From assembly GCA_964106645.2 (NCBI GenBank), contig OZ067053.1: a DNA stretch of 64,000 bases. One strand, given 5' to 3'. The notes beneath the pieces are model-generated. The model did not search any database, was not told where the DNA came from, and saw only the letters and a list, made by a program, of their open reading frames with translations. Below are positions 1 through 14,170 of this stretch, piece by piece; positions within the stretch are counted from its first letter, which is position 1; the number at the start of each line of letters is the position of its first letter. The DNA is from Podarcis pityusensis. Its lineage: Eukaryota. The position numbers were made by a program, and so were the translations under genes.

Positions 1-1050
<1,050 letters not shown>

Positions 1051-4000
1051 TGATGACAACACGGTGGTCCCTCCTGTGTCCTCATCACTCTGCTGCAATG
1101 CGGCATCACCTCTGTCCAAACCATCAGCCAAATCAGAGCTGTCCTGTGGTAACTTCACCCATGTTGCATTACTGTGTGTTGATCTGGTCTCGCCAGGGAG
1201 GGACCAGCCTCTGGTGCCAAGAGAGATGCTACATTTTTGTCTCCAGCCAAGGAGCCGCCCGCCAATTGCTTTCTCATATTTTTCTGCCACATCGTGTCGT
1301 GGGTGTCCAGCCTCCATCTGTGCTGAGTCCATTGCATTTTGGGAACGAATCCCAAAATATTTGGATTCTGTTGGTTTCCCATCACTCCTGGCGCACACTC
1401 CTTCTCTGAGCTGGCATGCCTGTGTCTTCCTGAAGAATGTGTTTGAGAACTTGTGGTCCACAAAACTTCGCCTTTAACAATATTGTTCTTTTTTACATTT
1501 TAGCTTTTGCTGAGCCAACCGAGAGCTTTACTGAGCACCCACTCTCAAAGTTCTCCTTTTCAACCTCAGCCTTTCCAAAAGCACAAAGCTTGCAAAGCCC
1601 ACATTGGCTGTTGTGTTAGCAACCAAACTCAACCCCATCTGGTTCTTGCCATTAGTAGGCAAGGCCCTTTCTCCTGCCGCCAACCCATCCTGTGTCACGT
1701 TGCTAGGTCAAACATGCCAGGTTGGTGGAAGGAGCCTCAGCAATCTTGCGCGGTTGCCGCTCCTTGCAGAGATGAGGAGCAGAAAAGTCAGTTGTAGGGA
1801 GCTAGAAGCAGACACTTTTCTTGAACAGGCACACCCACTGCTCTCCCATGGCTGTGTCCCTTCACTCTTTCATGTTTGTACTGCTCTTTTCTTACACTTC
1901 CCCTCATCCCACCTTCAAAGTGTTTTTTAAAAGAACTTAGGTCACCTAAGATACATTTCCATTTCTTTGTAAGACTCCACTTGCTAGTGTGGCATCACAG
2001 TGCAGTGAGGGGTGGGGGAGGTTGTCCACTATACTGAAGAGTTGGGTAACTTCATTAGAAAGCCTGTCCTGAAACTCACCCTGTTCATTTGTGTTTGGCA
2101 ACAGTTCTGAGAGGTGTGTACTCCCAGCCACATGCCACAGTCAAGAGGAGAAGCTACACCTTGTTCCTCTGCCCTCTTTCTGGCTGCTGAGCCTGCCTTG
2201 TGGTGTGATGCATCTCAGCACAAGGAGATACTTTGGGGGGACCTGCTCAGCCATCTGTGCAGTCTACTTGCCACAGCCATTTATAAGGCATGGTTGGGAT
2301 CCCAGCAGCATTCCTTCCCTTTTGGCATTTCAGTTTTGGGGTTTTTATTTGAAGTAGCCCCATGTTGCAGAGCCTCTGGGAACTCTATGTGCCATACGAG
2401 AAGTAGCAGACTTTGCCAAGCATTCCTCTTCTGAGCACTCGCCTTGGCAGGCAAGAGATCAGCCTTTGCCCTGAGACTTGAAGGGAGCAAGTTGAATAGC
2501 TGCAGGGGTTGGATGCATGGCTGAGACCAGAGGTTCCTTGACAGTGATGCAAAATAGCTTTAACAACTGCAACATAGTGATGCCTAAGGAAGGCTGGAGA
2601 AAAGGCTACTTTTGTGTAGTAAGCCTGCACTTCATAGGGCAGTTTTTGTGTGCTTGATATGCACTTCTGTCCCTCAAAGACCTTCCCTCCTTCCTTCTCC
2701 AAGCATTGGCACTCCTGTTTTGTTTTCTGTTGTTTTGCTAAGGTAGTAAAACATGAAAACAAACAGGGGCCCCTGAAGCTGGTATTGCAGAGGACAGATG
2801 GGAGCCACCTTGCCTCCTCTCCTAGAGCACTTTGTCAGCAGCTCCGAGATGCTTCCAGGGAGCTGTGCTGCTTTTTATCTGTTCCTGACCAGCAATAAAT
2901 CAAACCACCCCTACTGTGGGGTTTGGCAGCACATCATCAGCCCACTTTATTGGCTGTTTGAAATGGCTTTGGGGCCATCATAATGCTTAAGCACTTAACT
3001 GCTCGTAGCATACAGTGTGGCTCTGTCAAACAGGGAAGCGTACAATCCACATTCAGTCTTTTAGATGGCTTTTAGATTTTTGAATCCACATATATTTTCA
3101 GAGGCCCCAAAATTCAGCTTGAAGTAACTGTGTGTATAAGTAGAGTGAAATTTTGTCTCGCTGGAAGTGGTTTCTAGGCTATTACAGTGGAAGGGGAAAT
3201 GTGGAGGTGGCAGGGAGAGAGCTGGCTTTATAAATAACTCTTGAGCAATCTGCTCTGCTTCCCAGATTGAAAGAGGAGGACCCAGGCAAGCTCTTTGCCT
3301 TCAAAAAGTTTTTCCCCAAGGCCAGTTCTTTTAGGCTTGTCCTTGAGCCACTGCAGCTGTTTCTTGAGAGAGAGATCCCAAGAAGAATGACTATAAGTAC
3401 CAGCAGCTTCGTTCACCTCATGCCCCTGGGTGGGGTGTCCCCCTCGAGGCTTAACTGGCAGTGGGCCCCTGGATCGGATTGCATCCCCCTCATTGTGGAG
3501 TCTCGGTGGCAGATAAAAAAACCTGTACACTTTTTTCCGTTTCCTTCCCTTGGCTCCTGCTGCTGTGGCTATGTTACAAATGTGGCTTTTGTACTACTCT
3601 GTCCCAAGCAATGCTCTGAGCCACAAAGTGAACTTGATCTTGTGTGTCTGTCCTAAACACTGCAGCCCCCTGCCTCAAGGAGGAGATGTCACAGATATCT
3701 TGGCATGCTACATATTTCGTTTTGAGGTAGATCTCTCTTTGTGTCCTCCCCACTCATTGAATACTGAATAAACTCCTTGGCTCAAATGTGGGAAAGGAGG
3801 TTCATACCGATATGTTACTTACCCCATGGGCTTTGGGGGCAGGTGCTGCTTCCTCTGCATGAAAGGGAGTGGGGTGCCACCCAGAACATGGGGTATTTAA
3901 ATAAGCACAACTCTGAACATTTTCTTCCTACTTGCTCTGTAGAAATGCTTTCTGTCTCATTTTCATATTCATTTGCCTTCCTCCATAAGCAAATGTCACT

Positions 4001-5875
4001 TCCAGTCCAGTTGCTTCAGGCCGAGGGTCTGAGAGAGCCTGCAAAGGCAAGGGAGCAGTTTGGCTCCAAGTAGCCAACGTCCAGGATTCTTTGACACTTT
4101 GCCATGGAAACATCCACCCTAATGGGCTTCCATTTTAAGATCCCGTTTTTTTAGGTTTGGCCTGTGAAACTTTCGACCTTCCCTAAACGTGAGTGGGGTC
4201 CACCAGCAGCACATGGTAGCCCACCAGGAGCTCAGTAAGCTTGCTATTGTTGTTCAAAACTTTAAAAATGGAGAGATTGTTGAGCACCTGGCAGGCTACA
4301 GTCCGTGGTGGTGGGGGGCAGGGTAACAAGCTGTGCATGTCAAGAACAGGGTGGAACTTACGAGTGGATGGGATTCATTCAGCAGCCAATCAACTCTGCC
4401 TTCACCATGGTTTAATTTTCATGACCTCCTCTTGGTTGCCTTTGGCCAATCGGAAATGGATGTGGGAGAAGGGCAAGTAGCGACAGAAGTCTGTGTCTGT
4501 AGCTGCATCCTGGGCTTCTGTAGAAGTGCACACTAGTGCCCCCGCCCACTCCACAAGTCAGATTGGTGCAGTGTTGACACCGTACGTGCCCATCTGCCCA
4601 TCAAACCAGCGCAGGACCGCCTCACACGTGTTGCATTATTCTTTGTGGCCTGGCTGTTCAGATTCATGCTTTGCAAAGGCGCACACACACTCTTGCTCTC
4701 ACAGCTGTGGTCTGGGACAGAGAGGGCTTGTTAAACTTGGGCTTGTTAGATTTGTGAAACCACTTGCAGGACTGGGGCAGACAGCTGGCTTGGTTCCCTC
4801 CCCTCCTTTTTCCCTTTAGGGTCTCCAGTGTTTAACCTTCCTGCACCCATAATGCACAAGGGAGTGGAAGGAAAGTTCATTCCAAGAAGCAGCTGTCCAG
4901 ATAGCTCTGGAAACCAAGTCCTGCAGCTGCTTGCTTTGGAATGGGTGTGCATGCAGCATCCTCCCAGTGGAAACTGTTGGCACTGTAGGAAGGATCCTGA
5001 CACCCTATCCAGTCCCTTGGATTACCATCTCCCCTTCTTAAGTGGGTGGCCCTTTCTCTTCCCTGAGGAATGCAGGTTCAGGAGGCTAAGCTGAATGGAT
5101 GTGCCTCCAAGGATGGATGGGCAGGAGTCGCTCCCACATTAAGCACTTTGTCCTTTGTGCCTAGCGAAAGGTGAAAGTCACAGACTCCTAACATGGAAGG
5201 AAAATCACCCTGCGTCAGGGACATGCAGATGGGCTAGCAACTCCAAGAACCACACACATCATATTCATTCCCTGAGCATCATTTCACTTGGTTCCTCCTT
5301 ACCCCAATACCCACCTACCACTCCTGAGCCAGCCCCACGAAAGAGCCTACCAAAGAGTACACTCTTCCCCAGGGAATGACAGTCCCAGGAAAGAGCCACG
5401 GTGGGGAGGCACTCTGCTCCAGGGAGCTCTCCAAGGTCTCTGTTCATTGCTTCCGTACAGCCTTGCCTCAGGCCTAATTTCTCATGTCTCGACTGTTACA
5501 GTAAGTGTGTCCATCTGAGGACCATTGTGTTTCCTGTTTTTGCTGTGTGGATTTTGCACATTCTGGAACTTTTGTCTATAAATTCAGATTATCTGGATTT
5601 TTGTGTCTGTTATGTATCCCAGCCACTGTACATAAATATGAGTTTTGTATATAATCTCATTTTATTCTCCTTTCTTTTTGTAAGTGTGTTGATTCTCTTG
5701 GTTTGTACTGCAGGCTCCAAACAATCCACATTAAGAATCTCTGCTTGTTTAAATTTTGGAGCCTTGTTGGTATTTGATGCATTCTATCCTTGGCGGGTGG
5801 GGTCTGTTGTCTCCCCACTCCCACTCACTATTTTTGGAGTTTTTCATTAAATAAATTGTGTTTTTTAAAATAATA
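1051..5875 (+). other. PACS1: PACS1 3'UTR with candidate poly(A) signals at 3767-3772 and 5850-5855
   Basis: TE-poor non-coding stretch after the stop codon. It contains AATAAA hexamers, a U-rich distal part and two TGTA(C/T)ATA elements (5627, 5646). The true 3' end is inferred. Confidence 0.55.
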
Positions 5876-6243
5876 CTTTAAAATCTCAAGCTTGATCACT
5901 TTATGCTTTAGTTCCTCCTTAAAGCTCCCTGGATACGGTCCACATGAGAAAAGCAAAGGGGCAATACAAGAGAACCAGCCACTGACTTCACTTTTCCAAA
6001 AGCTAAAAGCAGAGAACTGGGGCGGGAGGCCTCATAGTTGAAACAGAGAAACTGCATTTCAACTTGCTATGTTTTGCTTTTCTTTGCTTTAAGGAAATGC
6101 ACAAAGAATGTGAATACTTTGCAACTGGCACAACAGTCCTCTGGGGGAAAACAAAAGCTTATAAATCACAGAAGCAAAAATATTCCGAACTTTGGCCATG
6201 GGTAACAGCAGTGTGGAATTCAAAGCTCTCCTATACCTTATAC

Positions 6244-6740
6244 CAGAGGTTCCCAACCTTTTTGAGTCCACTGCTCCCTTGACAAACTACATTTTTCTGC
6301 TGCACCCCTGTGGGGCTTAGGAGCCCAATTATGTCACCCTAGCCTGCAGAGCTGGCAGTCTCTCACCCTTTTTCAAATACCCTCCCTTGTGGAGTGTTCC
6401 CTCAGCCTCCTCTCCTCTCCCCTCTCCTTGGGAGTCCTCTGGGTAGTTACATCTCCTGCCCCTGGTCTCTGAGCTTTCCCCCCACCCCAAAGAGAGGTGC
6501 CTCCTCCCACTGTCCCACAAGGGTCTGGGAAGCACCCCTTGGCCAGCCCCAGAGGCACCATTTGCCTGTGGAGCTTGTAGCCAGGGCTGCTGCACCAAAC
6601 AGCTGTGCAAGCCTCTGGGAGGCAGAGATGCAAGAGGGCATCAGAGGAGGGAAGGGACAGAGGCCAGTGTTGCCCATGGCACCCCTGAGCATCATTCAAG
6701 GCACCCTAGGGCACCATGGCACTCTGGTTGAAAACCACAG
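6244..6740. mobile_element. Non-autonomous hAT DNA transposon
   Basis: Imperfect TIRs CAGAGGTTCCCAACC...GGTTGAAAACCACAG; 8-bp flanks CCTTATAC/CTTTATAC (7/8 match). Confidence 0.7.
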
Positions 6741-7514
6741 CTTTATACAACAGGTGTTTGCCTGCACTGGTGCCAGTCTAGAAAGAATTGGGAACCCGCA
6801 CAGGAGGGAAAGTTCCCCTTTGCTGTAGAACCTCAGCCCAGATGAGCAGAGCTCATCATGATTGTATGCTTCCGCAAGAAACAAATGTTCCTTCAGCTGC
6901 TTCTTAACTAGTTTTCATGGCACGTCAGTCAAAAACTATCCTTATCTTTAATATGGTCAGAAAGCCATAAACATGGCCATAAAGCAATCTAGATAAATAC
7001 ATAAAAGATATGCAATATTAAACCACGTTGCTAGGTCCATTATCTAAATGAATTTTATATTGTTTTTATTGCTGGTTTGTTTGCCATTCTGGGCTCCTTT
7101 GGAAGAAGTGTTAGGATATGAACTTATCAGCAGCAGTAATGCATGTTATAAAACTCACGTTGGGTTAGCTAACAAGGCACACAAATAAAACTACTGTAGG
7201 AAAGAGTGTACAGTGCTAGATAATTCCTTTAGCAACTTACACATACGTTATCCTGACACTCCTCTTCACACCCATGAAAGAATGGAATTGCCTTTTTTAA
7301 AATTGCAGGTGCCCTATGTGGTTTCTGGAATAATTATTTCAGTACAAAGATTTAAAACACCTGTCTACTAAAATACATTTTCAGATTATAAGAAAGTTTT
7401 CTAATCAAGTAACAAACTGGTCCTGCTGTGTAGGTATTAGGAGCTTCCTTTGAAGAGAAATTTTATTTAAACTTCCCACATAATAAGCATATAAGGAGAG
7501 GAACTTGCAGTATA

Positions 7515-7737
7515 CAGTGGTACCTCAGGTTAAGTACTTAATTCGTTCCAGAAGTCCGTTCTTAACCTCAAACTGTTCTTAACCTGAAGCACCACTTTAG
7601 CTAAAGGGGCCTGCTGCCGCTGTACCGCCAGAGCATGATTTCTGTTCTCATCCTGAAGCAAAGTTCTTAATCCGAGGTACTATTTTTGGGTTAGCGGAGT
7701 CTGTAACCTGAAGTGTATGTAACCTGAGGTACCACTG
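7515..7737. mobile_element. Tc1/mariner (pogo/Tigger-like) MITE, copy 1 of 3
   Basis: TIR CAGTGGTACCTCAGGTTA...TAACCTGAGGTACCACTG flanked by TA; closely similar to 40531-40756 and 62280-62505. Confidence 0.85.
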
Positions 7738-8599
7738 TAATCCCACAAATGTTTATGCAAGCAGCAAACCTCCCAGAGTTCAACGAAACTGATTCTCTCG
7801 TTAGTGTGTTTGGCATTATTGTCTTTGGTATCTCTAAAAAGAGAAATCCCATCCTGGGGAGCTGCCACTGAGCAAATAAAAAGAAATGGTGGGGGCAACA
7901 GCAGTAGGCAGCTAAAAGAAATGGAGGAAAAGCACTAAGTTCTTACCTACTTTAAGTTTAGCCCAAACGTATGCAGGCTCACCCGCAAACATACTAAATA
8001 TTGCCACCACAATCCCTTCTCCCCATTCTCTCTCCCCTCCTTCTCCCCCCACCTTATTCTGTATAATGTCTCACATCAAATGTAGAAAAGACTTTACGGT
8101 TTGGGAAAAGAAAAAAAGACCACATTTTTTGTGAACCAAGAAGATATTTTATTTATTTATTTTTTAAAAACCTGGCTCTGCTCAGTGGAACTTACTCGCA
8201 GTTCTAGTATGTGTTGGATGGTTGCTATACTCATTCAGCTATACATGGAGGGAGTGAAGACAGGGGAAAACTGGTACATGGAAGCAAGTGTGGTGTCCTG
8301 GTTAAAGTACTGGGTTAGGACCAGGGGGTGCCGAGGTTTAAATCCCCACTAACCCTTCATGAAATTCATTGTGTGACCTTGGGCCAGCCACTTCTCTCAG
8401 CATACGTAGCCACATTCACACTATACATGTAAAGCACTATGATGGCACTTTAAGCAGCCAAGGGTTCCCTCAAGCATTTCTGGGAGCTGTAGTTTAAGGG
8501 TGCTGAAAATTGTTAGGAGACCCCTATTCCCCTCCCAGAACGACAATCACTTGATCTTCATAGGGAACTCTTAACCAAAATCAATTAACTAAATCAGCC

Positions 8600-9900
8600 G
8601 ACCTACGGAATCGGTCTCTCTGCGCTAGGATCATGCAATTCCCTCCCCCCCCCCCCCGCGCGCCTTTTAAGAAACAAATTCCTAAGCTGGGGTCAACCGG
8701 ACGCCAGAGTAAGAGGCCTCCCCGCAACGCAGCCAAAGAGAAGAAAAGGATTCCCCTAAAAAAGAGGGGATTTGGGAGGAGACATTTTCGCACGCCGAGG
8801 AAGAGGCGATCTATGCACCGTTAGCAGAGCGCTAAACCACATCGCACACGAAGATTTGCTTCGGAGCAAACTTGCCTAGGATAGGATCGCCCTGCGACCG
8901 GGCGGCTCACCGTTTTAAGAATTAATTTGCGAATTGTGTTCTGTTTGCGTTTTGTTGTTGTTGCTCCAGAGAACTCCTGACATGAGGCGATAACCATAAA
9001 ATGTAGCGAATAAATAAAACGAGAGCCGCCCCCCCCCCTTTAAACACAGCGGCACTTTTCTTCGTAAACACGCACCGTTTCCCGCTCATTTAACCAAGTG
9101 TGTGCGTGGCCGGGGGGGGGGGAATAACCTCTCCAGGTGGAGGGGCCCGTTGCCCCACCCGGCCGCATTTACTGACATATAAAAACACGTGCCAGGACTT
9201 ACTTATTAAAGATGCAAAAGGGAAAGCACCAAGTAAACCGGTAAGAACTTCGGAAAGAGAACCCAAGGCATCCTTCCTCTCCCCTTTAAGGCGGGAAGGC
9301 AGGACCGGCGGCAGCGCTCCTCCTTATTTGCCCTCCGGCACTATTTCCCCGGCCGGCCAGGTTGCCCCCTCCCCTTTAAGGCGGTTGTTTTGGGGCGGGG
9401 CCGCGCGGCTGCCGGTGCCGCAGTGCCTGCCGGGAAGGATGTGAGGCCGCCGGTGGCTGGAGAAAGAGCAGAAGCGGCGGCGGCGGCGGCGACGACGAGG
9501 AGGCAGGCGCGCGCAGGTGCGTTGCGTCGTGTCGTGTCGGCGGTGGTGCTGAGTCGGTGGGCGGTGGGCCTCCTCGGTCGGCAGAGCCCCTCATATATGG
9601 TGGAAACGAGGGGGTGGGTGTTCGCGCCGAGAGTGAGGGGAGGGGAGTCGTCCTCCCCCCCCCAAGTAAAATCCCCCTATAGGATGAGAATGAGGGGTGG
9701 GTGGGTGGGTGGTCGTTCGTCGAGTCATCTTGTGCCCCCCCCCCAAGCAAAAAGGTACCCGAGTGGCTGGTTGGTTGGGCAGGGAATCTCCCTTCTGCCA
9801 TGTAAAAGCCTCCCCCCCCCCACGTCAGTAAGGTGGAAATAGGGGGGGGGCCTCTCTGCATGACCCCCCCCTCCACCGCTTAGGGTGAAAAGGAGGGAGG
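8600..9900 (+). promoter_or_regulatory. KLC2: KLC2 CpG-island promoter and probable non-coding exon 1 (donor at 9516|9517)
   Basis: Strong CpG/GC enrichment, GC box GGGGCGGGG at about 9391, (GCG)n run, and donor CAG|GTGCGT at 9516. Coding exon 1 begins only 2 nt after an acceptor, so an upstream exon is needed. Confidence 0.75.
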
Positions 9901-12900
9901 GTGGCTGCCCAGGATATAAGTGAGAAGTGGCCTTTCAGACAGCTCCCCCCCAGGATGAAATGCGGGCTGGCTGGTGAGATACTTGAGCAAAAACTGCCCC
10001 TCGCGGAAGATGGAGATGAGGGGGCGGCCAGGTGGGTGAGTGAATTCCCTCAGCAGAGGAATGTATGGTGTTGGTACCCCCCCCCCCAAATAAGTAAATT
10101 GTGGTCCTTCCTTCTCAAAGCTTCCTCCAAGGGTGGTCAGGTGGAGGATGGGTGGGCAAGTTCCTTTGGCTTGTTATAAGGGCTTCTCTAGAAGAAGCCA
10201 ATGGGGCAGGCAGAGGAGACCCCCACCAATTTCATAAAGGTGCCCACAGAAACACACATTATGAGTGGGGGGATGAGTTATCCCAGACGAAAGAGAGGGA
10301 CCTGAGAAAGATGTTCCTTTGCGTTTCCAAAAAGATGGGGTGGGGGGTGGGATGGAGTGGGCAAGGACAAAACCTCCTTAAATGGAGGGGTGAGTTTTCC
10401 GAACCCAGGAGAATGAGGAATGTGGTTAGAGGGGAGCCTTGTAAGGGATTCCTCCACACAACAAAAAAAAGGCAGGGTTGGGTATTCAGAAGTTGGGGGG
10501 GGGGAGCTAATTAGACACTCTTTTAAAAGGATGAGGGCCTATCTAAACCAAAAGGGGTTCCTTCCACCAGCTGGATGAGGAGTTGGTCAAGAGGTGAGTC
10601 CTCTCAAGACAAGAGGTACTCAAGAAAAGGAAAGAATTATTCCCCAAAAGGAAGGTAGTTGGTTAGGTAAAAGAGGGGACCCCCTAAGTCCCTCATAAAC
10701 ACTGAAATGTCAGAAGAGGCTTTTGCAAATCTTCAGCTAGCAGGAATAGAGTAGAGGGAGAGAGAAGTTATTAGAGTTCTCTCGATAAAAAAAGAGTGGA
10801 GGGGCACTATTGTAGCAAGGGGCTGCAGAGTGTCCAAAATATGGGACCTAATGTATTGTGTGTATCTTCGGGGGGGGGAGTGAGGATACCTTGTGTGTTG
10901 ATTTGAGACAACCCCCCTTCAAGGAAAGGGTGATGGACATAAAGTGTGGCACGCTTCTCCCTCCCTCCCCCAGCCACAAAGTAATCATGGATGAAAATGC
11001 TTCTGGAGTTGAAGTAGAGAATCCCCTTTAAGATGGTGGAGTTTCAGAAACTTTTACCCCAGAAAGAAGAGATGGAGGCCCCCAGGAGAGGGGGGGTTTA
11101 TACAGGTGATGTCTGAAAGTGAGAAGATATTGGAAGAGCAGGAGATCCACCTGCAGAAGGGCATTTGCTGGGCCACCAGAGAAGAGGAATGAAGACTTGT
11201 ATACATCATTGCTCTGCTGTAGTGACTCTTATATTGCCATCTATTTTTTAAAAAATTTGAATATATAATAGAAACCACCTTGGGAACTTTGATTAGTAGG
11301 CAGGTATAAATACTCCTAAATAAAAATAAATAAAAGAGCAAGGAGTTCCTTTTCAAAAAGTGAGACAGGTGTCTAGGGAGGTGATGAAGGAGAAGGGAAT
11401 CACCCTCCTTCCTGCCTTACCATAAGAGGGTGGGAGGCATCATTAGGATCTCCACAAAGTTAAAATAGAGGTTAAGGTAGTACCCTACCTTCAGTATGAT
11501 CAAAGAGAGGAGAGACTTCATGTACCTTGAAGGAGCACAGTCAAGGCCTGCAGAGGAGGAAGGAGGCATGTTGCTAACTGGTTGGGCAAAGACGGCTGAG
11601 AGAAAAGGAGGCATGGTGGGTTGGTTAAGAAGTTGGGAAAAGAAAGGGTGAAAAGCAGGAAGATTGAAACCCCCCCCCCAGATAAAGTAGAGGGATTCTG
11701 CAATGCCTCAAAGGCATAGAGGAGGTAACTCAGTCAATGAGATTATCCTCCTGAAGGTTTAAGGGTGGTTGGAATAGGTGAGAGGGGTGAACCCCATAAT
11801 TCATGAAGACTACCAGACTGAAGATCAGGCTAGGGAGACAACCCACTCTGTTTGGAGATGAGGAGAAGATGAAGCAGATAATATTGAATGAATTTGGATC
11901 ATCCCTTGAACATCAGAGGACAGAAACAAGCTGGGTTAGGGGGAGTGGAACCCCAACTCTTTAAAAAATAATAATCTGTGAAGGCCTCAGAGTCAGTACC
12001 ATTTTAATGCTCTGGAAAGAACTCAAGTATAGGGGGAGAAATTTGAGAGGGTGGAACGACAAAGTAGTCCCATGTCCCCCAATTCCCAGAAATAATCCAA
12101 GGCTAAAAGGAAGAGTTTCTGGACAAGAGGTGTTTTAATAGGCCAAGAATTCTGGAAAAGGCACATAGGAGGCTCTTGAGGGCTTGGCTATATCTCCCTT
12201 GCATCTTACACTTGATTTTGGAGGTGCTTCTTTACCGTTGTGTGGGCCTAATGTGTGTATGTATGTATGTATATGTATATATGTGCACCTTGAGCCTGTG
12301 TGATCATACAGCAAGGAAGGGCCATCTGTTCAGAAGTTCAGGTCTTGTTTCTTCCTTTTTTTCTTTGTTGTGTTCTTCATCAGAAATCCTGACTATCCAG
12401 TTTCTTGAAATGACGGACATGCTTGTAAAGAGGGATTTCCTTTAAAGAAAATCAAAGATGAAAAGAGTACAGAGGTCTCTACTTTTGCCCTAAAAAAAGC
12501 CCCAGAGTGGAAAATCAAATCTGCAGAATACTTTACAACTGAGGTGGGCGGGTTTGTGTGAAAGAATAGATATGCAAAGCTTCCCTGCCCTTTGTGATGT
12601 GGAGTGGATGGGTGGATATTTCTTGTGTTGCCCCCCCTCCTTTTTTTTGCTTCTGTACCTGGCCTAGGTAAATAGCAGATCCTATAAAATGGGAGATACT
12701 GCCCAAAGTTCCTTGAAAGATTCTGAAACCTCTGGCTGAAAGCATTTCCTTCCTTATTTCAAGGGGCGGGGATGTTACCTTGCACCAGTCCATCATTCAT
12801 CCTTTCCCCTCTCCTCTTGATAAAGAGAATGTTAAAAGGGCAATGGAAAGGAGATTGAAAATAAAAGGGTAGGCTGAGAGGGATAAATCCTTTTATAAAC

Positions 12901-13324
12901 AGATATGACTGGGGGGGGGGGGACACAGAGCACACTTCATTCATATTTGGGCAGGGGTCAGTGCAGTTCTCATCATTTGGATACAAGGACTTCTGAGTTT
13001 CAGCTCTTTTTCAGATCAAGTAGAGACGGGCAAAGTGAGTTATTAGAAATGGCAGTCTGGTAACTTAAAGGGAAAAGAAGTGTGTCTGGTTCTATCCTGC
13101 GTGGGAGAGGTTAAAGCGATCCCTATTGCGCTGCGGCTTCGGTTTGGTTTGCTGGGCACGGGACTCCACGCCGCATTGCGTCTCGATTGCTGGGGCCTGA
13201 GCCAGCCACCTACTGGGGGAGCCGGGAAATGCAATGACAGCCGGACAGGAGGAAAAAGGGGGGGTCGGGTTTCTCTGCCCCTCTTCTCTCCCCACCCCTC
13301 CCACTTTTCCTTTCCCTCATCTCA

Positions 13325-14170
13325 AAAATGGTAGAATTAGAAAAGGTTCGGAAAAGGCCAACTGAGAAGATCAAGGGGGGGTGAAGTGACTCCCCCATGA
13401 GGAAAAATGCAGCATTTGGGACGTTTTGAGCTTGGAGAAAAAAACCGAGGAAGAGGTGGCACGATAGAAGTTTAGAAAAATCATACCTGGCGTGGAGAAA
13501 GTAGACGGATAAAAGTTTTTCTCCTTCTCTCATAACGCTAGAATTCGTGGACATCCAATGATGCTGAATGTTCAGTTGGGGGAAAAGAAAGTCCTCTTTC
13601 ACGCTGCGCATAGTGGAACTGGTACTCGCTCCCCCAGGAGGAAGGCATGGCAACCAACTTGGGTCGCTTTGAAAGAAGATTGGATAACTTCATGGAGGAG
13701 AGGGCTATCAGTGGCTGCTAGCCATGGAGGCTATGCTCTGCCTCTAGAGCATGAGCAGGCAAACTAAGGCCCGGGGGCTGGATCCGGCCCAATCGCCTTC
13801 TAAATCCAGCCCACGGGTGGTCCGGGAATCAGCGTGTTTTACATGAGTAGAATGTGTCCTTTTATTTAAAATGCATCTCAGGCTTATTTGTGGGGCATAG
13901 GAATTCATTCATTTCCCCCCCCCTTCAAAATATAGTCCGGTCCCCCACAAGGTCTGAGGGACAGTGGACCGGCTCCCTGCTGAAAAAGTTTGCTGACCCC
14001 TGCTAGAGTCAAAGGCGGTGATTCTTCCTAATACCAGTTGCAGGAGAGAGTGCTCTTGTTCTCAGGTCCTGCTTTGCAGGTTTCCCATAGGCATCTGGGC
14101 AGCCACAGTGAGAACAGGATTCTGGACTAGATGGGCTGTTGTCCTGATCCAACAGGCTCTGATGTTCTTT
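13325..14170 (+). mobile_element. CR1 LINE 3' fragment, split by a hAT MITE
   Basis: Degenerate CR1 ORF2 end (LEKV.KR.T...FxLEKK.R) and CR1-type 3'UTR (GGACTAGATGG...CTGATCCAACAGGCTCT...TGTTCTT). Boundaries are approximate. Confidence 0.65.
13750..14002 (+). mobile_element. hAT-Charlie-like MITE (OC1/hAT-HT-like), copy 1 of 3
   Basis: Ends CATGAGCAGGCAAACT...AGTTTGCTGACCCCTG at a CTAGAG target; about 250 bp; similar to 26349-26602 and 43542-43794. Confidence 0.8.

Noticed and set aside
8633-10514. Cluster of Pro/Gly/Arg-rich ORFs
   Set aside because: By-products of the CpG island's GC content; no homology or splice support.
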